64,000 nucleotides of DNA from an uncultured virus (IMG/VR IMGVR_UViG_3300005326_000004) (Duplodnaviria > Heunggongvirae > Uroviricota > Caudoviricetes), in the IMG/VR virus record IMGVR_UViG_3300005326_000004, one strand, 5' to 3'. Made by a program: the position numbers and the translations under genes. Of the stretch, positions 49,989 through 58,792 are shown piece after piece (the stretch's first letter is position 1; each line of letters opens with the position of its first letter). The notes under the pieces are model-generated. The model was not told the DNA's origin, ran no database searches, and saw only the letters and a list, made by a program, of their open reading frames with translations.

Positions 49989-50307
49989 AGTGGCAAAACG
50001 GGAGAGACCTTCCCATTACCGGAAAAACATGGACCCCACTGTCTGGTCTTTTTTGGAGGCCGTGGATGCATTGGAAAACCAAGATGGATTGTGTATTCTC
50101 GTCCCTTGGGAACCGAGTGATACAGGATTAACACTGAAAGCCAAGAAGCAAAGAATCCTTTCGTACCTACATCGGTACCTTTCAAACAAAAAATTCTCCG
50201 TTCTCAAAATGGATGAAGACAATACGTTGGGGATTTTCCGCAGGTCTGATACCCCAGTGGTGAAGGGTAAAATACACAACGTCAATAAAATGGAAAAAAC
50301 ATGTTGA
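49978..50307 (+). CDS. Hypothetical protein
   Basis: RBS AAGGAG. Confidence 0.6.
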   Translation: MKFEVAKRERPSHYRKNMDPTVWSFLEAVDALENQDGLCILVPWEPSDTGLTLKAKKQRILSYLHRYLSNKKFSVLKMDEDNTLGIFRRSDTPVVKGKIHNVNKMEKTC

Positions 50308-50332
50308 CATAACATATAATATGTATTATATT
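50304..50332 (+). promoter_or_regulatory. Sigma70-type promoter
   Basis: TTGACA-N17-TATATT, followed by a GC-rich leader hairpin (about 50343-50395). Confidence 0.6.
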
Positions 50333-50420
50333 ATATGTCTTGGTACAGGGGTGGGGCTTTTCACGGTAACGGTTCATCCACCCCCATCCCTGTACATAAA
50401 TACAATTATGGAGGCACACA

Positions 50421-50603
50421 ATGAAATTAGGTGAATTGGTTGACTTGTTGACCAGTTTGCTGGAAAACGGCTCAAGCAATCCGGATGATACCGTAATCGT
50501 GGAAGCGTACCCACACAGTTACGATATTGAAGATATTCAAATCGGGTACGAAAGTGGGGAGCATTTTGTTTCCATCGTTGCAAAGGAAGGGCGAGCATGG
50601 TAG
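50421..50603 (+). CDS. Small acidic hypothetical protein
   Basis: RBS GGAGG. Confidence 0.6.
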   Translation: MKLGELVDLLTSLLENGSSNPDDTVIVEAYPHSYDIEDIQIGYESGEHFVSIVAKEGRAW

Positions 50604-51373
50604 GTACAGATCGTGAATTGGTCAAAAACAATTTCCGCACAACGGAAGATGCTGTTATGAACGTACCGCAGCCGGAGTTCACTAACACATGGAGGCCGTA
50701 CGCACACAACATTATCATTGAAGGGCTCACCCGAGTGACCAGGGAAATGGGGCTTACGGTTGTTCACAAACAGTATTCCCTGAATGAGAAAGGTACGCAA
50801 ATGTATGGGGCCTGGGGAATTGATACCGATATGAAAAAAGGGTCCGAAGGTCACCACATATATCAAGCCATCATATTTCGTAATTCGATTGACAAGGCGT
50901 TTTCTTTCGGCATTGCGGGAGGAACGGACACCTGGGTATGTGAGAACCTGGCTGTGTGGGGAAATTTCATTGAAATCCGGAAACACTCGAGTTCTTTGGA
51001 CAGGACGGAATTGGTTTCGGCAATGTTCAAAGGAATCAAATCCCTCAAGCCCGAATTGGATAAAGTCATTGAATGGCATGATCTCATGAGGGAAATTCGG
51101 CTGGATACCAAGACGGTTGAAGCCCTGGCATATCAAGCCATCATGCAAGGGGTAATCAATCTGAAAAAGTTACCCGTGTTCCATCGGTTGCTTTTCGGTG
51201 AGGATCACCCGTACGATAACACTACGTTGTTTGGATTCCACGGGGCATGTACCGAGGTTTTGAGGGATGGTCAAATCAATTCAACGATGATCGAACGCCA
51301 GGAGAAGTTGAATACGTTGATCAAGATGGAATGTCCCGCACTGCATGAGGTGTATGGTCCTAACGACATATAA
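50597..51373 (+). CDS. DUF932-like protein
   Basis: RNSID.....IAGG...WVCEN and H motifs. Confidence 0.7.
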   Translation: MVGTDRELVKNNFRTTEDAVMNVPQPEFTNTWRPYAHNIIIEGLTRVTREMGLTVVHKQYSLNEKGTQMYGAWGIDTDMKKGSEGHHIYQAIIFRNSIDKAFSFGIAGGTDTWVCENLAVWGNFIEIRKHSSSLDRTELVSAMFKGIKSLKPELDKVIEWHDLMREIRLDTKTVEALAYQAIMQGVINLKKLPVFHRLLFGEDHPYDNTTLFGFHGACTEVLRDGQINSTMIERQEKLNTLIKMECPALHEVYGPNDI

Positions 51374-51412
51374 AGGGGTTTTATGCAAGGCACAACGTGT
51401 AAGGGTCCACGC

Positions 51413-51546
51413 GCACCCCCGATGGTAAACACATAAGTAATCAAGAAGTACCATACCTAAACCCAGGTCAAAAACCATAGGTAATAAAAACATAAGGGTA
51501 CAGCAACGTAAATGTACATACGAGCACCCCCGATGGTAAACACATA
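51413..51546. repeat. 23-bp perfect direct repeat, 111 bp apart
   Basis: GCACCCCCGATGGTAAACACATA at 51413-51435 and 51524-51546. Confidence 0.85.
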
Positions 51547-51624
51547 TAGTATATGAAGTCAAAATATGGTGAAAGGGGAGGCATGGGAAGCACTCCCCTT
51601 TTAAAACCAATTCGGAGCCAGCAT

Positions 51625-52602
51625 ATGAATGTCAAAAAAATACTCAATGCATTTGGAATCATGTACGAGGAAACGCATCCAGCGGTTTCCAAAAAGTGCG
51701 TTGGCATTGACTGCCCGTACTGCCATGATACCGGTAAGCATATGGGTATTTTTCTTGACACGGGGAAAGCGTTTTGTTGGAAATGTCAAAAAACCCGGTT
51801 CATATCCCAAGTACTTTACAAATTGAAAGGGGTAACACAGGAACAGTTTGAAGCGGTTTCCGGTATACGGGTACGAAATGATGATCAACCAAAGAACAAT
51901 TTGGACCGGATATTCAAAAAAACGAATACCAATTATGTACAGGTGGAGGCAGATAACTCTGAAATCATAAAACACTTTTTATCATTTGAATCCATCAGCA
52001 GTAAACCGTATTTATCAGCAATCCATCATGTAATGTTGGATTATGTTACATCCCGTTTCACTTGGGATGAATTGAAGTTATACGGTGCTGGGTATGCTCT
52101 CAGCGGGCCTATGATGAATCGGCTTGTAATCCCGTACCCAGCACCGTTTATTGGACCACCAATAGGTTTTGTGGGGAGGGATTTTACCGGGATAGCCCAA
52201 CGGAAATATTTTGTTACACCAGGGCTCTCACTACATTCACACGTATACCCAAATAGTGCATTTGGGGATAGACGAACGGATGTACTGGTTGTGGTAGAAG
52301 GCATTTTCGATTCATGGGCTATTACGGATTATTTGGCAGTGGCTTTATGCGGAAAAGCCATTTCAATCAAGCAGATTTCAAAAGTTATATCAATGTACCC
52401 AACAATGGATATGACCCTTGTAATCTGTTTGGATGGAGATACGTCAATCCGTGATCGGGGAAATGTACAACGTGAGTTAGGGGTATTTTTCAAAAATTCG
52501 GTTATGGTGAACTTACCGGAGTTATTGGACCCGTCAAGTATACCAACCAATGAATTATCGTATTACATTGACAAAGGAGTTGAGTCACATGGGAAAGATT
52601 AA
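51625..52602 (+). CDS. DNA primase (zinc finger plus TOPRIM)
   Basis: CPYC...CWKC, RLVIP, GR, VVEGIFD and CLDGD motifs; start at the ATG at 51625. Confidence 0.88.
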   Translation: MNVKKILNAFGIMYEETHPAVSKKCVGIDCPYCHDTGKHMGIFLDTGKAFCWKCQKTRFISQVLYKLKGVTQEQFEAVSGIRVRNDDQPKNNLDRIFKKTNTNYVQVEADNSEIIKHFLSFESISSKPYLSAIHHVMLDYVTSRFTWDELKLYGAGYALSGPMMNRLVIPYPAPFIGPPIGFVGRDFTGIAQRKYFVTPGLSLHSHVYPNSAFGDRRTDVLVVVEGIFDSWAITDYLAVALCGKAISIKQISKVISMYPTMDMTLVICLDGDTSIRDRGNVQRELGVFFKNSVMVNLPELLDPSSIPTNELSYYIDKGVESHGKD

Positions 52603-52774
52603 AACGGATTTGAAGGAATTGAGTCCGAACGAATACAAAAAGAAGTGGTTGACCATCAGAGCATATTCGGAAAAATACGGATGGAACAAAGACACAATCT
52701 ACAAATGGGTAAAGAAAGGGAAAATTGAAGCGCGGAAATTCGGAAAAATGATCCTCGTTCTCGATGCCAAATGA
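52589..52774 (+). CDS. Excisionase/MerR-like HTH protein
   Basis: WLTIRAYSEKYG...TIYKWVKKGKIEARKFG. Confidence 0.75.
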   Translation: MGKIKTDLKELSPNEYKKKWLTIRAYSEKYGWNKDTIYKWVKKGKIEARKFGKMILVLDAK

Positions 52775-52795
52775 TAATCTTCTTGGGGGTTAATT

Positions 52796-53302
52796 GTGGA
52801 TACGGTAATTCATAAAACAATCGTTAAATTCTGTTATGAATTTAAAAAAAGGAACCCTCATATATTGGATGAAGTGGATGATCTGATCTGTGAAGCATAC
52901 GTGCTACTTCCAAAAATTGAAAAAATGTACGACAAGGAACAACACGTTTTGTTTACCACATTCCTTTGGAATGGGTTATACAGATACTTTTTGGATATGG
53001 TTGAATCAGACCGTAGTGGGGTATTCACATCATTGGATGAATTAACGGAGTCCGAAGAATACCCCATTGAATTTCCATCCCAACGGATAACCTCATTTCC
53101 ACCCGCCTTCCTGAACAGTTTATCCAACAATGCCCGTTTGTATGTTGAAACCATCTTGGACTTTCCGGAAGAGTTGGAAACGTTCATGAGTCGTAAAAAC
53201 AAAAAGTACCCGTTCAAGTACCAGGTGGGTCAATATTTGGGATTCAATAAAACGGAGGTTCACCGTATTCAACAGGAAGTTTTGGAGAAGTACATTTATT
53301 AA
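52796..53302 (+). CDS. Sigma factor-like protein
   Basis: Region 2-like DDLICEAY...YD.....FTTFLW....YFLD and a C-terminal HTH-like segment. Confidence 0.55.
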   Translation: MDTVIHKTIVKFCYEFKKRNPHILDEVDDLICEAYVLLPKIEKMYDKEQHVLFTTFLWNGLYRYFLDMVESDRSGVFTSLDELTESEEYPIEFPSQRITSFPPAFLNSLSNNARLYVETILDFPEELETFMSRKNKKYPFKYQVGQYLGFNKTEVHRIQQEVLEKYIY

Positions 53303-53317
53303 AAAAGGAGTAAATCC

Positions 53318-53728
53318 ATGTGTCTTAATATACGACTTGGTAAACGGATAATGAAAAAGGATACCACGATTTATAGAGTAGTAGAAGTACGTGATGGTTT
53401 ATATTACTCTTGCCTTTTCGATAAGGATAGTGGTTTTCATCACGGAGTAAACCGTGCAGTAGTCTGTCCTGTTGTGTATATGACAAAAAAAGGTAGACGA
53501 ATGTATCCATCCGGTTATCATTGTTTCACAAAACGTAGTGATGCAAAAATATATAAAGAAGAATTTTTGGAAGCGCTTTACAAGTGTCTTGACTTACCGT
53601 TACCATACTATAAAATTGTTGTGTTCACTATTCCACAAGGAGTAAAAACATATGCGGGATATACTAAATTAGAAAACACAGATAGAAAAATGTATACGTT
53701 GGTTTCCCCCATACTTGTTTTGAAATGA
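53318..53728 (+). CDS. Tandem paralog 1, unknown function
   Basis: MCL.IRLG...YPSGYHCF...YTLVSP. Confidence 0.75.
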   Translation: MCLNIRLGKRIMKKDTTIYRVVEVRDGLYYSCLFDKDSGFHHGVNRAVVCPVVYMTKKGRRMYPSGYHCFTKRSDAKIYKEEFLEALYKCLDLPLPYYKIVVFTIPQGVKTYAGYTKLENTDRKMYTLVSPILVLK

Positions 53729-53743
53729 ATGAAAGGGTAAACT

Positions 53744-54178
53744 ATGTGTCTTGATATACGCCTTGGTAAACGGATAATGAAAAAGGCTACCACGGTTTAC
53801 AAAGTGGTACGGGTTATTTACCTACGCGGTCAGGAGATTTATACACCATGCTTTTTCCCGTTGTCCCCTGTTTTTAAAAAAGGTGTTAATCATGCGGATG
53901 TGACTGCAATTTTGTATTCCACATATAGGGGCTACCATACATATCCATCGGGTTATCATTGTTTCCAGAAAGTGGGGGATGCCGAAGCATATATGAAGGA
54001 GTACTTGAATGGTGAGCTTGCACATGATGAATCCGTCAAAATTGTTGAATTCACCATCCCGCGAGGAGTGGAAGTATATGCGGGCTACACCTCGGTATTA
54101 CCATCCACACATTTGAGGAATAGTCCAGTAGTTGGCAAACTGTATACGTTGGTTTCCCCAATTCTCATTTTGGAATAA
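53744..54178 (+). CDS. Tandem paralog 2, unknown function
   Basis: Same motifs. Confidence 0.75.
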   Translation: MCLDIRLGKRIMKKATTVYKVVRVIYLRGQEIYTPCFFPLSPVFKKGVNHADVTAILYSTYRGYHTYPSGYHCFQKVGDAEAYMKEYLNGELAHDESVKIVEFTIPRGVEVYAGYTSVLPSTHLRNSPVVGKLYTLVSPILILE

Positions 54179-54195
54179 ACGAAAGGAATACACTT

Positions 54196-54618
54196 ATGTG
54201 TTTAGATATCCGCCTGGGAGACAAAGTTCTAATGAGGGACACGGTTGTTTACAAAGTGGTAAGGTATTACAAACAAGGTGCAATGTCGTTTTTTGAACCG
54301 TGTTTCTTTGGAAGATACAGACATTTCAAAAAAGGTGTAAACTACGCAAGTGTACAACCAATTGAATATTATACATCGAAAGGGTTACGTACGTACCCGT
54401 CCGGGTATCATTGCTTTACGAGACGGGAAGCTGCAAAAATCTACATGGAAGAATTTTTTCAGGAGGAAGGTGCAACAATTTTGGAGTTTGTTATCCCAAA
54501 AGGTACCAAAGTATCCACCGGGTATACGGAAGTGTTTGATATAGTTGAACTTCGCAAATTGTATACGTTGGTTTCCCCGGTAATTGTGTGGAATAGAGAA
54601 GAAAGGTATGGTATATAA
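54196..54618 (+). CDS. Tandem paralog 3, unknown function
   Basis: Same motifs. Confidence 0.75.
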   Translation: MCLDIRLGDKVLMRDTVVYKVVRYYKQGAMSFFEPCFFGRYRHFKKGVNYASVQPIEYYTSKGLRTYPSGYHCFTRREAAKIYMEEFFQEEGATILEFVIPKGTKVSTGYTEVFDIVELRKLYTLVSPVIVWNREERYGI

Positions 54619-54833
54619 TGATTCAGGATAGAATTAATGCATTATTGACGTGGTTAAAAACCCGATTTATCGAGGAAGAGCCCGCACCAAAACCATCTGA
54701 ACCAATAAAGAAAAGTTGTATCAGTTGTAAATACGGATTACATGATATGGATAAACCACCATGTAAGGAATGTCAGGCTGTACAGCAAACAGACGGGTCT
54801 TTCATATTCACCAACTGGGAAAGGACATTGTAA
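54618..54833 (+). CDS. Small Cys-containing protein
   Basis: CISCKY...PCKEC. Confidence 0.55.
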   Translation: MIQDRINALLTWLKTRFIEEEPAPKPSEPIKKSCISCKYGLHDMDKPPCKECQAVQQTDGSFIFTNWERTL

Positions 54834-54836
54834 CAT

Positions 54837-55139
54837 ATGAACAGTCCATTATACATCAAAATACACTATGACAATGTAAACGTGAAGTTCACGCACGAAA
54901 CGAATATCAAAGCATCAAAGGTCAATGATATTCTTTGGGATTACCTGGAGACCCAGCAAGGGAAGGGTAAAGACCTGCGAATGCCGAACAAGCAAGCGGT
55001 GTATGATATAACCATCAAACTTGATCTTACCGAAGATACGTTTTCCGTGTCCGACAATTGCGGAAATGATTCCCTTCGGGATGGTATCATAATGTACTTT
55101 ACAAAAGGTAACAAAGAGGGTTCAGACGGGGAGGAGTAG
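54837..55139 (+). CDS. Hypothetical protein
   Basis: ORF with RBS AAGGA. Confidence 0.55.
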   Translation: MNSPLYIKIHYDNVNVKFTHETNIKASKVNDILWDYLETQQGKGKDLRMPNKQAVYDITIKLDLTEDTFSVSDNCGNDSLRDGIIMYFTKGNKEGSDGEE

Positions 55140-55141
55140 TT

Positions 55142-55336
55142 ATGCCGTTGGATGTGATCATAAGAGGAAAAACAATCCACATTGAAGATAGTGAACGTGT
55201 TCAATGTGAGATATGGACTCGGGTAATGGGTTATTACCGACCTGTAAGTGAGTTCAATATCGGGAAGGTCCAGGAATTCAAAGACCGTGTTTCCTTTATT
55301 GAAAGGGGAATAGATGGCAACACGTCATTACCATAA
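55142..55336 (+). CDS. Stand-alone NrdD C-terminal (glycyl-radical loop) protein
   Basis: CEIWTRVMGYYRPV..FN.GK..EF..R matches the class III RNR C-terminus. Confidence 0.8.
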   Translation: MPLDVIIRGKTIHIEDSERVQCEIWTRVMGYYRPVSEFNIGKVQEFKDRVSFIERGIDGNTSLP

Positions 55337-55685
55337 TACCGGAATGAAATTGTATGTAAGTCGATTGAGTTCTTTTGTGACGGAGGCCAAGGACGTTCAA
55401 AAGAAGTACGATTCACAAATCGCTGAATTGACTCGGCAGGTTGTACGGGGTGAGAAAACCATTGAACGGTTGATCAATGCCCTTCCTAAAACGTGTTCTA
55501 ATTGTCCACGGGAAAAGCATTGTAAACTTAATTCGTTGAATGGTGTACAACCAACAGCGGAAGATTGTTTTGAAGCAATAAAAGAGTGGGCTTATTCAGG
55601 AAGGAGCACACCAAGAAAACAATGGAAGAAAAACCCGTTTTGTGTAAGTGTGGTTGCGGAATGCCCGCCCCAATCTGTAAAGTGA
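55314..55685 (+). CDS. Hypothetical protein (coiled coil plus Cys cluster)
   Basis: CSNCP...C...C. Confidence 0.5.
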   Translation: MATRHYHNTGMKLYVSRLSSFVTEAKDVQKKYDSQIAELTRQVVRGEKTIERLINALPKTCSNCPREKHCKLNSLNGVQPTAEDCFEAIKEWAYSGRSTPRKQWKKNPFCVSVVAECPPQSVK

Positions 55686-55798
55686 ACAACAAAGCAAAAG
55701 GGCTGGTTAAAGGCCAGCCCCGTGATTACATAAAAGGACATTATATAAAATTGTTAGATCGTGGAAAGAAACACCCTTGGAGAGTTTGGCATGAGTGA
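55622..55798 (+). CDS. Small CxCGCG zinc-binding protein
   Basis: LCKCGCG...YIKGH. Confidence 0.55.
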   Translation: MEEKPVLCKCGCGMPAPICKVNNKAKGLVKGQPRDYIKGHYIKLLDRGKKHPWRVWHE

Positions 55799-56013
55799 AG
55801 TATTAAAACGTTATGTTGAAAAAGAAGTTTTTGACAAAATAGAATGGAAGATTACCGTTACGGCAACCGTTGAAGGTGTTGAATACATACAAGGTGAAAT
55901 CTTCCACGAAGGCAATTTGAAATTCATTATGATTGACAAGAGATCGTTTTTGGGTATGCATATTGAAAAAATTATGTCCACCATAAAAACAAGAATACTT
56001 GTGAAGAAAAACA

Positions 56014-56211
56014 TCATTGTTTTTTAGCGTCCTTCAAAGCCGCACGTAAAGCAGCACCACCTAAACCAAGTAGTATATTTCCAACTACGGTGGAAACGTT
56101 AGGGGGGATAACACCGTACGCTTCGGCAACATTCACGGCAATGTATCCACCAGCACAAATGTACGTACGTTTGCCTTTCAACCAATTCCATATTTTTTCA
56201 GTCGTTTTCAT
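56014..56211 (-). CDS. Putative holin
   Basis: WLKGKRTY plus two hydrophobic segments, next to the endolysin. Confidence 0.6.
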   Translation of the reverse strand: MKTTEKIWNWLKGKRTYICAGGYIAVNVAEAYGVIPPNVSTVVGNILLGLGGAALRAALKDAKKQ

Positions 56212-56225
56212 AACATTCCTTTCAT

Positions 56226-56267
56226 AAGCCCCCATTAATTTTATCGGGAGATAATGGGGGCTTTTTT
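56226..56267 (+). terminator. Hairpin plus T-tract near the convergence of the two blocks
   Basis: AAGCCCCCATTA...TAATGGGGGCTT followed by TTTT. Confidence 0.5.
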
Positions 56268-56295
56268 GAGTATGGACCAGCCCATTAATCCATAC

Positions 56296-56724
56296 TCATT
56301 TTCCGTATGTCCACCTGATCACAGGTCGATCTTTTTGTGTGTGTCTCATATCCAAGTGGATGAATGAATCGTCTACCCCAATTCCGGTAAATCCGTAATC
56401 AGGAGCCATTGCTACAATGAGTGACAAGTCCGCTTTGAATTGAATCCGATCATCATTTGTAATCGGTTTCACATCGGTAGCGAATATGAGGTGTTGGGAA
56501 CTTTCCGCACCACCTACTTCTTTGTTATGCTTTTTACAACGGTATCCGGAAACGATACGAAGGCCAGACCCCAGTTCCACACGTAACCCTTCCAATGCAG
56601 CCATATGCTTGAAAAATTGGTCCGATATACGCAGGGTATCACAGCACTTACAACGTATCCATTCCTCATCATAATCAAAATGCTCCGTTATGGATTTGTT
56701 CACTTGTATAATGCTCATAATCAA
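56296..56724 (-). CDS. Endolysin, peptidase M15A family
   Basis: SGYRC..HN..VGGA..SQH...A.D and FIHLD motifs. Confidence 0.9.
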   Translation of the reverse strand: MIMSIIQVNKSITEHFDYDEEWIRCKCCDTLRISDQFFKHMAALEGLRVELGSGLRIVSGYRCKKHNKEVGGAESSQHLIFATDVKPITNDDRIQFKADLSLIVAMAPDYGFTGIGVDDSFIHLDMRHTQKDRPVIRWTYGK

Positions 56725-57005
56725 CTCTTCTTTCCAGGACCGTTTAATAAGTAATCCAGGATTTGCGCTTGGCCTGTTTTCAAATCATTCAACGAGGAAA
56801 GAACTTCATGACGGCAAGATGTTTGCCTATCCGAGCATCTCCCTTCACAAACCAAATGACTTATTTGCTCATCGTGACGGGTAAGGTGTTCATCGGTATT
56901 TTTCTTGTATTCCATGAACGTTCCTTTTACCATCCCGAAAACGATACCCACTCCAATTGCTGTTGAAAGTAGAGTTATGACTGTTTGTTCTGCAAGATTT
57001 ACCAT
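56721..57005 (-). CDS. Membrane protein (holin-like or lysis accessory)
   Basis: N-terminal transmembrane segment plus coiled coil; start at the ATG at 57005. Confidence 0.5.
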   Translation of the reverse strand: MVNLAEQTVITLLSTAIGVGIVFGMVKGTFMEYKKNTDEHLTRHDEQISHLVCEGRCSDRQTSCRHEVLSSLNDLKTGQAQILDYLLNGPGKKS

Positions 57006-57015
57006 TGTACCACCT

Positions 57016-57939
57016 TTACTCGTTTGTGGCAATAACCAATCCTGCTGCTCCAGCTCCACCTGTTTCTCCCCCGGTTGCAGTTGTACCGACTCCACCCGCA
57101 CCACCATTAGCGGTAACTTGCGTAAGGGCAACGGTCCCTTCCCTGTATCGGATGATCACCACACCTCCACCACCACCTCCACCACCACCCGCAACGCTTC
57201 CAGCGGTTGCAGCACTTCCTGCTCCCCCATTTGCGGAAATTAATGCACTTGTACCAAGGGTCACTGTACCAGCACACTCAATGTAAATGAATCCACCACC
57301 ATTACCACCCGCCCCACTTGCGGCTACTCCATCCGATGCCCCACTACCACCACCCGCACCAAACGACTCAAACAAGGAATCTTTGTTGCCAAACATACGG
57401 GATATTTTTTTCCACAAGACGGTAGCCGTACCCGCTGCACCCGTATTTGATGCTGTGCCTACTCCACCAGCAGCTCCTGCTCCACCTCCATCTCCACCAA
57501 GGTTTGTATCATCACCACCACCCGCACCACCCGCACCACCAAGGCAATTCATCATTTCATCTTTTTTCGCTGAACCGAACGGGAAACCCCCTTGCGTTCC
57601 TGGATTCCCGGCAGCTGCAGTTGATACCGCAGCACCACCCGCTGCACCTTTACCATCCAATGATATTTTGGAACTTACCCCTAACGTGAGATCACCGGAG
57701 ATCAAAAGGACCAATACACCATTGGTTGAATCGGAGCAACCCAACGTAAACAAGGTTGTGATTGTTAAGGAAGTGTACTCATAAATACCGGATGCAAGAT
57801 TTTCATCTCCGGTTACGGACTTGGCTCCATCTTTACCGGAGCCCCCAAATGTCCAACTACCAAATGGATTTCCATTTACAAGATCGGTATTTGTATTTAA
57901 TGCTGTTCCCAGCACGGCAGCAACTAACCCTGTGCTCAT
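57016..57939 (-). CDS. Glycine-rich tail fibre-like protein
   Basis: GGAGG runs. Confidence 0.7.
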   Translation of the reverse strand: MSTGLVAAVLGTALNTNTDLVNGNPFGSWTFGGSGKDGAKSVTGDENLASGIYEYTSLTITTLFTLGCSDSTNGVLVLLISGDLTLGVSSKISLDGKGAAGGAAVSTAAAGNPGTQGGFPFGSAKKDEMMNCLGGAGGAGGGDDTNLGGDGGGAGAAGGVGTASNTGAAGTATVLWKKISRMFGNKDSLFESFGAGGGSGASDGVAASGAGGNGGGFIYIECAGTVTLGTSALISANGGAGSAATAGSVAGGGGGGGGGVVIIRYREGTVALTQVTANGGAGGVGTTATGGETGGAGAAGLVIATNE

Positions 57940-57950
57940 GTAAAATGTCC

Positions 57951-58292
57951 TTACGTTATGACTCTGGTAACGGCAGTACAGGTATTACCAGTCCATGTTA
58001 GTGTTTCGGTAACAGTCCGGGAAAGTCGGCTATACACGGAAACAATCGTTGTAGGTTTATTTCCAGACCATGTAATCGTAGTTGTGCAATCAATATCTGT
58101 TGTGGTACTGCCATCTGAATCCGCTACGGTAACAGTAGCCAACTTACCACTGGTGTACGACATAGTGAGATCAACGGTATGTAATGACTGCCCTTCCGCA
58201 GCTGCTTTCACTTCTGCTCGCAAATTATTGTATTGGGAAGCTTCAATATCGTTTACACCATCCACTACTTCTGTTGTACGTGCATACGCCAT
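57951..58292 (-). CDS. Tail-associated protein
   Basis: Position; I.A.QYN.L motif. Confidence 0.5.
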   Translation of the reverse strand: MAYARTTEVVDGVNDIEASQYNNLRAEVKAAAEGQSLHTVDLTMSYTSGKLATVTVADSDGSTTTDIDCTTTITWSGNKPTTIVSVYSRLSRTVTETLTWTGNTCTAVTRVIT

Positions 58293-58792
58293 TACTTAAC
58301 CTCAATTGTGGATTCAATCGTTAATGTTTTTGAGGATGTTTTCTCTTCATTTATCAAAGCGTGAATGATCATCGTACCGGAATCAATCAAGGATGTGGCT
58401 GATTCCCCAAATAATCCGTATTCCCGTAATGAACCATTCCCTTCCGCTGCAGTAAAATACACGGTAATTTTTACCAATGCACCTGATACGTTAATGGATG
58501 ATACTGCTTTTCTGGATAGTTCAGCACCTAATGTGGTATCAGAATCAACCGGGGCTATGGCAAGTGTACCAACGGCTCCATATGTGATATTGCAAAAGTT
58601 CCCTTGTCCACCAAGACGCTGTGCAATCATATTTTTACATGAATTCACAACCAGGTTTTTGTATTCCTTTGTGGTAACTTCCCCGGTTTCAACATCGGTA
58701 AAAATGAATTTGTGCTTTCCAGTTAACCCAACATTGTTACCTTGTAACCGTTTCAACATTTGGGATACGGTAAGGCCAATTCTTTTTATCAT
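58292..58792 (-). CDS. Tail/baseplate-associated protein
   Basis: NLVV, AVGT...P...DT.L..E..R and EYGLF motifs. Confidence 0.65.
   Translation of the reverse strand: MIKRIGLTVSQMLKRLQGNNVGLTGKHKFIFTDVETGEVTTKEYKNLVVNSCKNMIAQRLGGQGNFCNITYGAVGTLAIAPVDSDTTLGAELSRKAVSSINVSGALVKITVYFTAAEGNGSLREYGLFGESATSLIDSGTMIIHALINEEKTSSKTLTIESTIEVK

Noticed and set aside
51413..51546. Possible mini-CRISPR array
   Set aside because: Only two 23-bp copies with an 88-bp gap and no cas genes; kept as a plain direct repeat.
53318..54618. Possible diversity-generating retroelement
   Set aside because: No reverse transcriptase in the window, and the differences between copies include indels and are not adenine-specific.
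55622..55798. Homing endonuclease
   Set aside because: Only the CxCGCG zinc-binding segment is present, with no HNH or GIY-YIG nuclease domain.
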